Assembly (NCBI GenBank): GCA_023230525.1
Contig: JALNXE010000001.1
Coordinates: 39,488 to 103,487 of the forward strand
Source of the DNA: Desulfobulbaceae bacterium
GTDB lineage: Bacteria; Desulfobacterota; Desulfobulbia; Desulfobulbales; SURF-16
Reading direction: 5' to 3'
Length of the DNA stretch: 64,000 nt
A program made the position numbers and the translations under genes. The stretch's first letter is position 1. Every line of letters begins with the position of its first letter. Positions 1 to 8,027 of this stretch are shown piece by piece. The notes below the pieces were generated by a model that was not told the DNA's origin, did not search any database, and saw nothing but the letters and a program-made list of their open reading frames with translations.

Positions 1-1
1 C

Positions 2-91
2 GAACTCGCCCTCATGGCAGACCTGCACCCCCTGCTCACCAAACGCGCCCAAGGCCGCGACATCTCAGGACTCAGCGCGTATGAGCAATAA
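2..91 (+). CDS. 3' end of an upstream gene running off the left edge (…ELALMADLHPLLTKRAQGRDISGLSAYEQ*)
   Basis: Frame 2 is open from the window edge to TAA at 89-91. It overlaps the hsdS start codon (81) by 11 nt, as expected for subunits of one operon. The fragment is too short to assign a family. Confidence 0.3.
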   Translation, partial: ELALMADLHPLLTKRAQGRDISGLSAYEQ

Positions 92-1370
92 GACGAAAAC
101 CACGACCCCGAAGCCCGACGGCAAAACCGCGTTGACGCCCAAGCTACGCTTTTCGGAGTTCCGGGATGCGGAGGGGTGGGACACCACGCCCGGCGATGAG
201 TTGTTCGAGCAGATTAACAACCGCCAAGCCCCAGCCGGGCTTCCGATTCTCGCCATCACGCAAGAGCACGGAGCCATTCCCCGCGACCTCATCGACTATC
301 ACGTCTCGGTGACTGATAAGAGCGTCGAAACCTACAAGGAGGTTCGGCCCGGAGATTTCATCATCAGCCTTAGATCCTTCCAAGGCGGCATCGAATATTC
401 CGATTACCACGGCATTTGCAGCCCAGCCTATGTCATTCTTCGCAAAAGAGCCGAGCTGTCCGACCTGTTCTTCAAGCAACACTTCAAATCCCACAGATTC
501 ATTCAACAGTTAACGAAAAATCTCGAAGGCCTTCGAGATGGGAAAATGGTCAGTTACAAACAGTTTTCCGAACTGCTGCTGCTGAATCCCTCTCCCCCCG
601 AACAACAAAAAATCGCCGAGTGCCTGAACTCCGTGGACGAGCTGATTACCGCCCAAGCCCGGAAACTGGACGCGCTCAAGACCCATAAAAAAGGGCTGAT
701 GCAGCAGCTTTTCCCCCGCGAAGGCGAAACCCAACCCCGCCTCCGCTTCCCCGAATTCCAAAACGCCGGGGAGTGGGACGGGCAACCCTTGAAAGAAGTA
801 TTCTCGATTTTCCAAGGTTTTGCCTTTTCAAGCAATGATAGCGTCGATCGAGGAAGTCGATGGCTGAAAATTGCAGATGTCGGAATACAACGGATGAACC
901 ACGATGCACCATCGTTTTTGCCCGTTGATTACAAGGAACGCTTCGCAAAGTTTTCAGTTAGACAGGGCGACTATGTGATTGCTTTAACTCGTCCGATCTT
1001 GAGCGGTCAGCTCAAGATAGCTCAAGTTGATAACATTTTTGATGGTGCTCTTTTGAACCAACGTGTTGGCAAACTCATAACCTCCCATCACCCGGCTTTT
1101 GTCTTTTTTCTGCTTCAAAGTTGGAAATTAATAGGTGACATCGAGAAGAGCATTTCAGGTAACGATCCCCCAAATCTGTCGGCGCAACAAATCGAAGGCA
1201 TCAAAACTTATGTTCCGCAACTCCCTGAACAACAACGCATCGCCGACTGCCTCACCAGCCTCGACGACCTCATCGCCGCGCAAACCCAAAAGCTCGAAGC
1301 CCTCAAGACCCACAAGAAAGGGCTGATGCAGCAGCTTTTCCCATCCCCCGACACAAAACAGCGGCATTAA
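81..1370 (+). CDS. hsdS: Type I restriction-modification specificity subunit HsdS (two target-recognition domains)
   Basis: 429 aa with two variable halves. Each half is followed by the conserved HsdS coiled-coil repeat (EQQKIAECLNSVDELITAQARKLDALKTHKKGLMQQLFP and EQQRIADCLTSLDDLIAAQTQKLEALKTHKKGLMQQLFP). An hsdM lies in the same locus. Confidence 0.9.
   Translation: MSNKTKTTTPKPDGKTALTPKLRFSEFRDAEGWDTTPGDELFEQINNRQAPAGLPILAITQEHGAIPRDLIDYHVSVTDKSVETYKEVRPGDFIISLRSFQGGIEYSDYHGICSPAYVILRKRAELSDLFFKQHFKSHRFIQQLTKNLEGLRDGKMVSYKQFSELLLLNPSPPEQQKIAECLNSVDELITAQARKLDALKTHKKGLMQQLFPREGETQPRLRFPEFQNAGEWDGQPLKEVFSIFQGFAFSSNDSVDRGSRWLKIADVGIQRMNHDAPSFLPVDYKERFAKFSVRQGDYVIALTRPILSGQLKIAQVDNIFDGALLNQRVGKLITSHHPAFVFFLLQSWKLIGDIEKSISGNDPPNLSAQQIEGIKTYVPQLPEQQRIADCLTSLDDLIAAQTQKLEALKTHKKGLMQQLFPSPDTKQRH
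1227..1358. repeat. 132-bp direct repeat, copy 1 (hsdS 3' conserved region); partner at 3577-3708
   Basis: Hand alignment of 1227-1358 with 3577-3708 gives 130/132 identical bases; the mismatches fall in caaacccaAa/caaacccaCa and agctcgaAgc/agctcgaCgc. A more diverged third copy is the central hsdS repeat at about 600-716. Confidence 0.85.
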
Positions 1371-1391
1371 TCTCAACACGAGTCCGACCAA

Positions 1392-2654
1392 ATGAAACAC
1401 CATGAACAAATAATCAAGGTAACTGACCTTCACTTGGATCAGGAAAACCCGCGTTTCCCTCCAGTCAATACCCAACGAGAAGCAATCAACGCAATGTTGG
1501 CGGATCAAGGAGAGAAGATTGCCACCCTGGCGTTGGATGTCTTTCAAAACGGACTCAACCCGAGCACCAAACTAATCATATTCAAGGCGGGGGCGCACTT
1601 TGTTGATGGTGACGGCAATCGAAGGCTAACGGCGCTAAAAATCTTGGAGACGCCATCACTGGCAGACGCGTTCCCCAAGATTCGAAAAAGGATTGATGCA
1701 ATTCTGAAACGGACTGGCGCAGTGCCGACAGAAGTTGGGTGTGTGATTTTCAGTGATCGCAACGCTGCACGGCACTGGATATCGATTAACCACGGCGGCG
1801 AACAAGAGGGGCGTGGTCAGACTAATTGGAATGCTGAACAAAAAGACCGTTTCGAGCGCAAACCCTCGATAGGCTTAGAGGCATTAGACCTCTTGACGCA
1901 TAAGGGCCACATTACCACTGCCGACAAGTCACAAGTGAACAAGTCAACCTTAGACCGCTTGTTGAGCTACAAGGAAGTGAAGTCGGAATTGTCTATCTCC
2001 AAGAAAGGTGATCACTTCGCTTTTGGAAATGTCGATCACCTGCGAAAAGTAGTTTTGAACCTGAGGGGCAAGGCTGTTGATGAGGTTTACACGGCAACGA
2101 AAGGAAATAAATTCGTCCAGGAAGCGATTGCCTCGCCTGGAACTGCCCCTGCAGATACAGGAGGTAATTCCACAGCCGGGCCCGGAAATCCACCTAATGG
2201 GGAACCCGGCCAAGGAAGCCGTTCCCGGAGGATAAAGAAACCGAGCCTTCCTGTTTTTGGAGGCAAACTGTCTCTTAAGACGGGCCACGTTAACAACCTA
2301 TACCGCGATGTCGAAAGTCTGCATGACTTCTATCAAACAGAAAAAAGCCGACTCTCCGCGGATTTTATTGTGATCATCAGGATGTCTTTGAGAATGCTGG
2401 CTGAGACTGCCGCGAAAGACACGAAAAAGGATCTCAAAGATTACCTAACAGAGCATTTCGATGCCGCAAAAAAATCTTTGGACCAGAACGCAAAAACCAC
2501 CTTGTCGAACCAAAGTGTGAGCAAGAATTCAATCGTTAAACTTTTTCACACTGGTGCCCACGATTACCACAATTCAAAGAACGCGGAACAGGCGTTTGCG
2601 CTTTCGATTATTCTCGGGGCAATACTAACCCTTAGCCACGGGAAACAACCATGA
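1392..2654 (+). CDS. ParB/Srx N-terminal-domain (ParB-like nuclease fold) protein, 420 aa, C-terminal two thirds unknown
   Basis: The N-terminus (KVTDLHLDQENPRF…FVDGDGNRRLTALKILE) resembles the ParB N-terminal domain with its DGxRR-type arginine motif. The stop overlaps the start of the downstream Dam-type methylase (ATGA at 2651-2654). Confidence 0.6.
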   Translation: MKHHEQIIKVTDLHLDQENPRFPPVNTQREAINAMLADQGEKIATLALDVFQNGLNPSTKLIIFKAGAHFVDGDGNRRLTALKILETPSLADAFPKIRKRIDAILKRTGAVPTEVGCVIFSDRNAARHWISINHGGEQEGRGQTNWNAEQKDRFERKPSIGLEALDLLTHKGHITTADKSQVNKSTLDRLLSYKEVKSELSISKKGDHFAFGNVDHLRKVVLNLRGKAVDEVYTATKGNKFVQEAIASPGTAPADTGGNSTAGPGNPPNGEPGQGSRSRRIKKPSLPVFGGKLSLKTGHVNNLYRDVESLHDFYQTEKSRLSADFIVIIRMSLRMLAETAAKDTKKDLKDYLTEHFDAAKKSLDQNAKTTLSNQSVSKNSIVKLFHTGAHDYHNSKNAEQAFALSIILGAILTLSHGKQP

Positions 2655-3511
2655 GCATTGCTCATTCACCGCTCCGATATCCGGGAGGGAAAAACTGCAT
2701 TTTTCCATTCGTTTCGAGCTTGATCGCCGAGAATAGATTGACCGGCTGTAAATATATTGAGCCTTACGCAGGTGGTGCAGGATTAGCGTTACGCCTCCTT
2801 TTTGAGGAATATGCGGGAACGATAGTCATCAACGACTTGGATCCTTTGGTTCATGCTTTTTGGCGCATGTGCATTAACGAGCCGGAGCGTTTCATCGGCT
2901 GGATCGAAAGAACGCCAGTCTCAGTTGCCACATGGAAAAAGTGTAAAGAAAAAATTCGGCGGGTAAACACCGAGGATGACTTCGAATTGGCGACCTCATT
3001 TTTTTTTCTGAATCGGACGAATGTTTCCGGGGTTTTGAAGGGAGGTGTGATCGGTGGAATTGACCAAACGGGAAATTACAAAATCGACGCCAGGTTCAAT
3101 AAGGTGGAGCTGATACGAAAGGTCGAGAAGATCGCACGTTTTTCCAACCGCATCCGTGTCGCAAACCTTGATGGTGTCGAGTTGATCAAAAGCTGCGCAG
3201 CAGGCACGACTGAATCCTTTATCTACCTTGATCCACCCTACTACCAGAAGGGAGCAAATCTATACCTCAATGCCTTCAAAGATGCGGATCACGAGAAGTT
3301 AGCCAAATATGTCAGCAAGCTATCCACCCCATGGTTGCTCTCATATGACAATCATTCCTTCATCACGAACCTATACCAGCGGTTTGAGAAGCGGGCTTAT
3401 AAGTTGCAGCACTCGACTTCCAACAAGATTGGTGACGAGGTACTGATCTTTTCCAAAAAGACCAAATTTCAGGAGTCGCTGGGTCATCTTACCTCTGTGG
3501 TTACCCTCTGA
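2651..3511 (+). CDS. Dam-family (D12 class) N6-adenine DNA methyltransferase
   Basis: Carries the N-terminal PLRYPGGK, the SAM-binding motif EPYAGGAGLAL and the catalytic motif IV YLDPPYY. At 286 aa it has the typical Dam/DpnIIA-like size. Confidence 0.85.
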   Translation: MSIAHSPLRYPGGKNCIFPFVSSLIAENRLTGCKYIEPYAGGAGLALRLLFEEYAGTIVINDLDPLVHAFWRMCINEPERFIGWIERTPVSVATWKKCKEKIRRVNTEDDFELATSFFFLNRTNVSGVLKGGVIGGIDQTGNYKIDARFNKVELIRKVEKIARFSNRIRVANLDGVELIKSCAAGTTESFIYLDPPYYQKGANLYLNAFKDADHEKLAKYVSKLSTPWLLSYDNHSFITNLYQRFEKRAYKLQHSTSNKIGDEVLIFSKKTKFQESLGHLTSVVTL

Positions 3512-3525
3512 CCCCCACCAGCATC

Positions 3526-3717
3526 ATGACCGACACCAACCAAAAACAACTGGGCAAGACCCTCTGGAACATCGCAGAACAACAACGCATCGCCGACTGC
3601 CTCACCAGCCTCGACGACCTCATCGCCGCGCAAACCCACAAGCTCGACGCCCTCAAGACCCACAAGAAAGGGCTGATGCAGCAGCTTTTCCCATCCCCGG
3701 AGGAGGTTGAAGCATGA
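3526..3717 (+). pseudogene. In-frame chimeric remnant: hsdM codons 1-16 fused to the last ~47 codons of hsdS
   Basis: MTDTNQKQLGKTLWNIA matches the HsdM N-terminus at 5848 (MTDQDQKQLGKTLWNIA). The rest (EQQRIADCLTSLDDLIAAQTHKLDALKTHKKGLMQQLFPSP) is the HsdS C-terminal repeat. At 63 aa it has no TRD and no methylase domain. Confidence 0.75.
3577..3708. repeat. 132-bp direct repeat, copy 2 (partner of 1227-1358)
   Basis: 130/132 identity to 1227-1358 in direct orientation, with an offset of 2350 bp. Confidence 0.85.
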
Positions 3718-4853
3718 GCCACATCGACCTCGCAAAAGAGATCCGAGACGCGAAAGAACGGATCGTCCTGATGTATGCGTTCAACGCCACGGGCAAAACG
3801 AGACTTTCCGTAGCCTACAAAGACGCGACGAAGGGCGAAGATGGTTCCCACTCCGGGGTCTACTACAACGCATACAGCGAAGACATTTTCGTTTGGCAGA
3901 ACGATCCCGAGAACGACGAATCAACCATCCGATTGGACATTCGGATGAGCAGCTTGAATCGATTTCACAGCTCCCTTTCCGAGGACGACATCCGGGAAAA
4001 GCTGAACAGGTATCGGCCGAGCTATCGGTTTGAGTTCATCCCCCACGAGAATCCCGAAGACGGCATCCAAGCCGTGCTTTTCTTCTACGAGGAAGCGGCG
4101 GCAGACGATCCAAGCAACATCTCGAAAGTCCCCATCAAGATTTCGCGAGGCGAAGAGAGGGTATTTGTTTGGTGCTTCTTTCTCGCGCTCTTCGAGGTCG
4201 AGGGCTGGGCAGATAAGCAGTCGTCGCATTTCTTCATTGATGACCCGGTTTCGAGTCTGGATGACCACTACATCTTCATTACCGCATCCACGCTCTTTGA
4301 CTTGATCGAAGAGCATTTTGAGAAACGAAAAGTCATCATCACGACCCATCACCTTGGCCTCTTTTCCATTCTGGCGGATTGGCTAAAAAAAGGGGAGAAA
4401 GCTGGGAAATTCAAAAAGCACGCGAAGGTTTGCATGTTGAGCGCCAAGGAAGGCGACCTGGCGCTGGAGAACTGCGACAACGACGTCTTCCTGTATCACC
4501 TGCGATTACTGCAGGCGTTGGAGCAGGCCTACGCCTGCAACGGAGTGAAGTCCTTTCACTTCGCACTGCTCCGGCAGGTGCTTGAGAACGTCGCCTCCTT
4601 CCTGGGCGTCGGTCAATTCCGCTACGTGCTTGAGCAAATTGGCATCACTGATGCCAACGAAGTGGCCAACATCATCAACACGCTTTCCCACAAAAAAGTC
4701 TATTACTTCGAAAGCGACGAACTCACGCCGGACAGCAAGAACCTGTTCGATAGCGTCTTCACCAAGATCAAGGGTAAGTATAACTTTGTTCTGCACGCGC
4801 CAGCCCCTGCGCCCGCACCAATTCCAGCACCCGCACCGGTAGCCACCACATGA
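3714..4853 (+). CDS. ABC/AAA_13-type ATPase, PrrC-like anticodon-nuclease candidate embedded in the type I R-M locus
   Basis: Motifs present: Walker A-like AFNATGKT, Walker B/D-loop FFIDDPVSSLDDHYIF, and an H-loop-like IITTHHLGLF. The C-terminal LRQVLEN…(35 aa)…LSH resembles the R-x3-E…H triad of PrrC. The 379-aa size and the position inside hsd genes both match the prr locus layout. The protein ends in a PAPAPAPIPAPAP tail. Confidence 0.55.
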   Translation: MSHIDLAKEIRDAKERIVLMYAFNATGKTRLSVAYKDATKGEDGSHSGVYYNAYSEDIFVWQNDPENDESTIRLDIRMSSLNRFHSSLSEDDIREKLNRYRPSYRFEFIPHENPEDGIQAVLFFYEEAAADDPSNISKVPIKISRGEERVFVWCFFLALFEVEGWADKQSSHFFIDDPVSSLDDHYIFITASTLFDLIEEHFEKRKVIITTHHLGLFSILADWLKKGEKAGKFKKHAKVCMLSAKEGDLALENCDNDVFLYHLRLLQALEQAYACNGVKSFHFALLRQVLENVASFLGVGQFRYVLEQIGITDANEVANIINTLSHKKVYYFESDELTPDSKNLFDSVFTKIKGKYNFVLHAPAPAPAPIPAPAPVATT

Positions 4854-5851
4854 ACGACCTCATCCTCTACACCACGGAAGACGGGCGGAGCCAAATCCAG
4901 CTCCGCACGGAGAATCAGACCGTCTGGCTCACCCAATTGGAGATGGCGGAACTCTTTGATGCCACGAAACAGAACATCTCCCTGCACCTAAAGAACCTCT
5001 TCGAGGACGGGGAACTGGACGAGGGGGCAGTTGTCAAGGAATCCTTGACAACTGCCGCGGACGGCAAGCGCTACTCAACATTGCTCTACAACCTTGATGC
5101 CATCCTGGCCGTGGGCTACCGGGTGCGCTCGCCCCGTGGCGTGCAATTCCGCCGCTGGGCCTCCACCATTCTCAAGGAATACCTGATCAAGGGCTTTGTG
5201 ATGGATGATGAGCGGCTGAAGAACCCGGATGGCCGCCCCGACCACTTCGACGAGATGCTGGCGCGCATCCGCGACATCCGGGCCTCCGAAAAACGCTTCT
5301 ACCAAAAGGTGCGCGACCTCTTTGCCCTGAGCAGCGACTACGACAAAACGGATAAAACCACGCAGGCCTTCTTTGCCACCGTGCAGAATCTGCTGCTCTT
5401 CGCCGTGACCCGGAAAACCGCCGCCGAACTCATCACCGCCCGAGCAAATCCGGCCGATCCACATTTCGGCCTGCTCGCCTGGAAGAACGACAAGGTGCGC
5501 AAGGCGGACATCCTGGTTGCCAAGAACTACCTGACCGAGGATGAGATCGACACCCTGAACCGGCTGGTGGTCATCTTCCTCGAAACCGCCGAACTGCGGG
5601 CCAAGAGCCGCCAGGAGACTCGGATGAGCTTCTGGAAGGGGAATGTGGACCAGATCATCACCTCCAACGGCTTCCCGCTGCTCGCCCACGCGGGCTCCAT
5701 CAGCCACGAACAGATGGAGACCAAGACGAGCGCCCTCTATCTCGACTACGACCAGCGCCGCAAACAGCAAGAAGCGCAGGAAGCTGACCAAGAGGACGAA
5801 GCCGACCTCAAAGCGCTCGAAGACAAAATCAAAGGACGCCCGAAGAAATGA
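4850..5851 (+). CDS. rhuM: RhuM-family protein (virulence protein RhuM-like, commonly linked to type I R-M loci)
   Basis: The N-terminal signature is typical of the RhuM family: ILYTTEDGRSQIQLRTENQTVWLTQLEMAELF…NISLHLKNLFEDGEL…AILAVGYRVRSPRGVQFRRWA. The start and stop overlap both neighbours. Confidence 0.8.
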   Translation: MNDLILYTTEDGRSQIQLRTENQTVWLTQLEMAELFDATKQNISLHLKNLFEDGELDEGAVVKESLTTAADGKRYSTLLYNLDAILAVGYRVRSPRGVQFRRWASTILKEYLIKGFVMDDERLKNPDGRPDHFDEMLARIRDIRASEKRFYQKVRDLFALSSDYDKTDKTTQAFFATVQNLLLFAVTRKTAAELITARANPADPHFGLLAWKNDKVRKADILVAKNYLTEDEIDTLNRLVVIFLETAELRAKSRQETRMSFWKGNVDQIITSNGFPLLAHAGSISHEQMETKTSALYLDYDQRRKQQEAQEADQEDEADLKALEDKIKGRPKK

Positions 5852-7470
5852 CCGACCAAGACCAAAAACAACTGGGCAAGACCCTCTGGAACATCGCCGA
5901 CCAACTGCGCGGAGCGATGAACGCGGACGATTTCCGCGACTACATGCTCTCCTTCCTCTTCCTGCGCTACCTCTCGGATAATTACGAGACGGCAGCGAAG
6001 AAGGAACTGGGCAAAGATTATCCAGATATTTCCAGTGACATTTTACTGAAAACGGGAGCGGCGACGCCTCTGCAAGTCTGGTATGAAGAGAACAAGACGG
6101 ACATCCCCGACTTCGAGAAGCAGATGCGCCGCAAGGTGCACTACGTCATCCAGCCGCCGCACCTCTGGAGCAGCATCGCCAACCTAGCCCGCACTCAGAG
6201 CGATGAATTGCTCAAGACCCTGCAAGAGGGATTCAAGTATATCGAAACCGAGTCCTTCCAAAGCGCCTTTCTCGGCCTGTTCTCGGAGATCAACCTCTAT
6301 TCGGAAAAACTCGGAAAGACTCAGACCGACAAAAACAAGAAGCTCTGCTCCATCATTGCGGAAATCGCCAAAGGGCTGGCGGAATTCTCCTCCGGCATCG
6401 ATGCCCTGGGCGATGCCTACGAATACCTGATCGGCCAGTTTGCCGCCGGTTCCGGCAAGAAGGCCGGCGAGTTCTATACCCCGCAGCAGATTTCCGACAT
6501 CCTCTCCGCCATCGTCACCCTCGACAGCCAGGAGCCCGCCACCGGCAAGAAGGGCCGGCTCGCCAGCGTCCTCGACTTTGCCTGCGGCTCCGGCTCCCTG
6601 CTCCTCAACGTGCGCAAGCGCATGGGGCCGCACGGCATCGGCAAGATTTACGGGCAGGAAAAGAACATCACCACCTACAACCTCGCCCGCATGAACATGC
6701 TGCTGCACGGGGTGAAGGATTCGGAGTTCGAAATCTACCACGGCGACACCCTGACCAACGATTGGGATATTCTGCGCGAGCTGAACCCCGCCAAAAAACC
6801 CAGCTTCGACGCCATCGTCGCCAATCCGCCCTTCAGCTACCGCTGGGACCCCACCGACGCCATGGGCGAAGACGTGCGCTTCAAGAACCACGGCCTCGCC
6901 CCCAAGTCCGCCGCCGACTTCGCCTTCCTCCTCCACGGCTTCCACTTCCTCAAAGACGAAGGCGTGATGGCCATCATCCTGCCCCACGGCGTGCTCTTCC
7001 GGGGCGGTGCGGAAGAACGCATCCGTACCAAGCTGCTGAAGGACGGGCACATCGACACCGTCATCGGCCTGCCCGCGAACCTCTTTTATTCCACCGGCAT
7101 CCCGGTCTGCATCCTCGTGCTCAAGAAGTGCAAGAAGCCCGACGACGTTCTTTTCATCAACGCCGCCGAACACTTCGTGAAAGGCAAACGCCAGAACCAA
7201 CTCACGGACGAGCACATCGCTAAGATCATCGAAACCTACAAAACACGCGAGCCGGAGCCCCGCTATTCTCGTCGGGTGGAGATGAAGGAGATTGAGAAGA
7301 ACGACTACAACCTGAACATCTCCCGCTATATCAGCACGGCGACAGCGGAGGAGGAGATCGACTTACAAGCAGTTAATGCAGAGTTAGTCACACTGGAGAA
7401 AGATGTTGAGATGGCACGGGACAAACACAATGCGTTTCTCAAAGAACTTGGATTGCCAGCCGTACCGTGA
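5848..7470 (+). CDS. hsdM: Type I restriction-modification DNA methyltransferase subunit HsdM (N6-adenine)
   Basis: HsdM N-terminal domain (FRDYMLSFLFLRYLSD), SAM motif LDFACGSGSLLL and catalytic IVANPPFS. 540 aa. Confidence 0.92.
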   Translation: MTDQDQKQLGKTLWNIADQLRGAMNADDFRDYMLSFLFLRYLSDNYETAAKKELGKDYPDISSDILLKTGAATPLQVWYEENKTDIPDFEKQMRRKVHYVIQPPHLWSSIANLARTQSDELLKTLQEGFKYIETESFQSAFLGLFSEINLYSEKLGKTQTDKNKKLCSIIAEIAKGLAEFSSGIDALGDAYEYLIGQFAAGSGKKAGEFYTPQQISDILSAIVTLDSQEPATGKKGRLASVLDFACGSGSLLLNVRKRMGPHGIGKIYGQEKNITTYNLARMNMLLHGVKDSEFEIYHGDTLTNDWDILRELNPAKKPSFDAIVANPPFSYRWDPTDAMGEDVRFKNHGLAPKSAADFAFLLHGFHFLKDEGVMAIILPHGVLFRGGAEERIRTKLLKDGHIDTVIGLPANLFYSTGIPVCILVLKKCKKPDDVLFINAAEHFVKGKRQNQLTDEHIAKIIETYKTREPEPRYSRRVEMKEIEKNDYNLNISRYISTATAEEEIDLQAVNAELVTLEKDVEMARDKHNAFLKELGLPAVP

Positions 7471-7505
7471 ACCACAAAGCGATTCAATGAGACCGCATAA
7501 CCATT

Positions 7506-7544
7506 AAGGATTGATGCGACACGCTTTTTGTCGCTTCAATCCTT
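7506..7544 (+). terminator. Stem-loop 36 nt downstream of hsdM (candidate intrinsic terminator)
   Basis: AAGGATTGA(7506-7514)/TCAATCCTT(7536-7544) plus GCGAC(7516-7520)/GTCGC(7530-7534) form a 14-bp interrupted stem with a T-rich loop. Only a short TTTG follows, so this is not a textbook U-tract. Confidence 0.45.
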
Positions 7545-8027
7545 TGTTCAAGAGCCGCGGGTTTGACCTTATATAGGGGATTGCCTCGGAAGGGATTTCT
7601 CAGAAGGATTGCACGGAGGGAAGATTGGCCACCGGATTGACGATTTTTCTCGTAACCGGTCTTGGAATCATAGGTGGCATGTCATGGCGCAATTCTTTTA
7701 CGTACTGAATTTTACCTGAAAACTCGATTTTGAGCGTACCTCTCCGTTACCCCCTTGGCTGGGGTTTCCAGAGAAAAATATTTTGTGGCTGAGTTACGGC
7801 CCCGCCTACTCAGGTCGACCCTCGGCAGGGGTATGGTCGGCCCGGAATCAGACTGAAAAGATACAGAAGTATGCCTCCGCAGAGTCGGCACCTGGGTTTC
7901 GGCATAGGGGCCTTCCGGTTCTTTGGTGAGGATAAATCCGTCAGGCACACCCTCTCGCCTTGGAGCGCGGCAAGAACAGTAAGGACCAGGAGCCGGAGCT
8001 TGGACATCGAGACAGCGCAGTTGCTGC

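Noticed and set aside
3707-4033. 108-aa alternate-frame ORF at the start of the PrrC-like gene, and similar alternates at 4030-4842
   Set aside because: These are Arg-rich out-of-frame translations of a gene with clear Walker motifs in the 3714 frame.
4790-4853. (PA)n-encoding low-complexity tract as a possible microsatellite or phase-variation tract
   Set aside because: The codons are not a perfect nucleotide repeat (gcgccagcccctgcgcccgcaccaattccagcacccgcaccg), so slippage is unlikely. It is noted only as an unusual protein tail.
5075-7215. Long antisense ORFs in the GC-rich type I R-M block (5075-5791 minus strand, 6184-7215 minus strand, and several 60-150-aa plus-strand alternates)
   Set aside because: Their composition is typical of shadow ORFs on high-GC coding DNA (Ala/Gly/Arg/Val-rich, no motifs). 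They lie entirely inside rhuM and hsdM, which carry clear family signatures.
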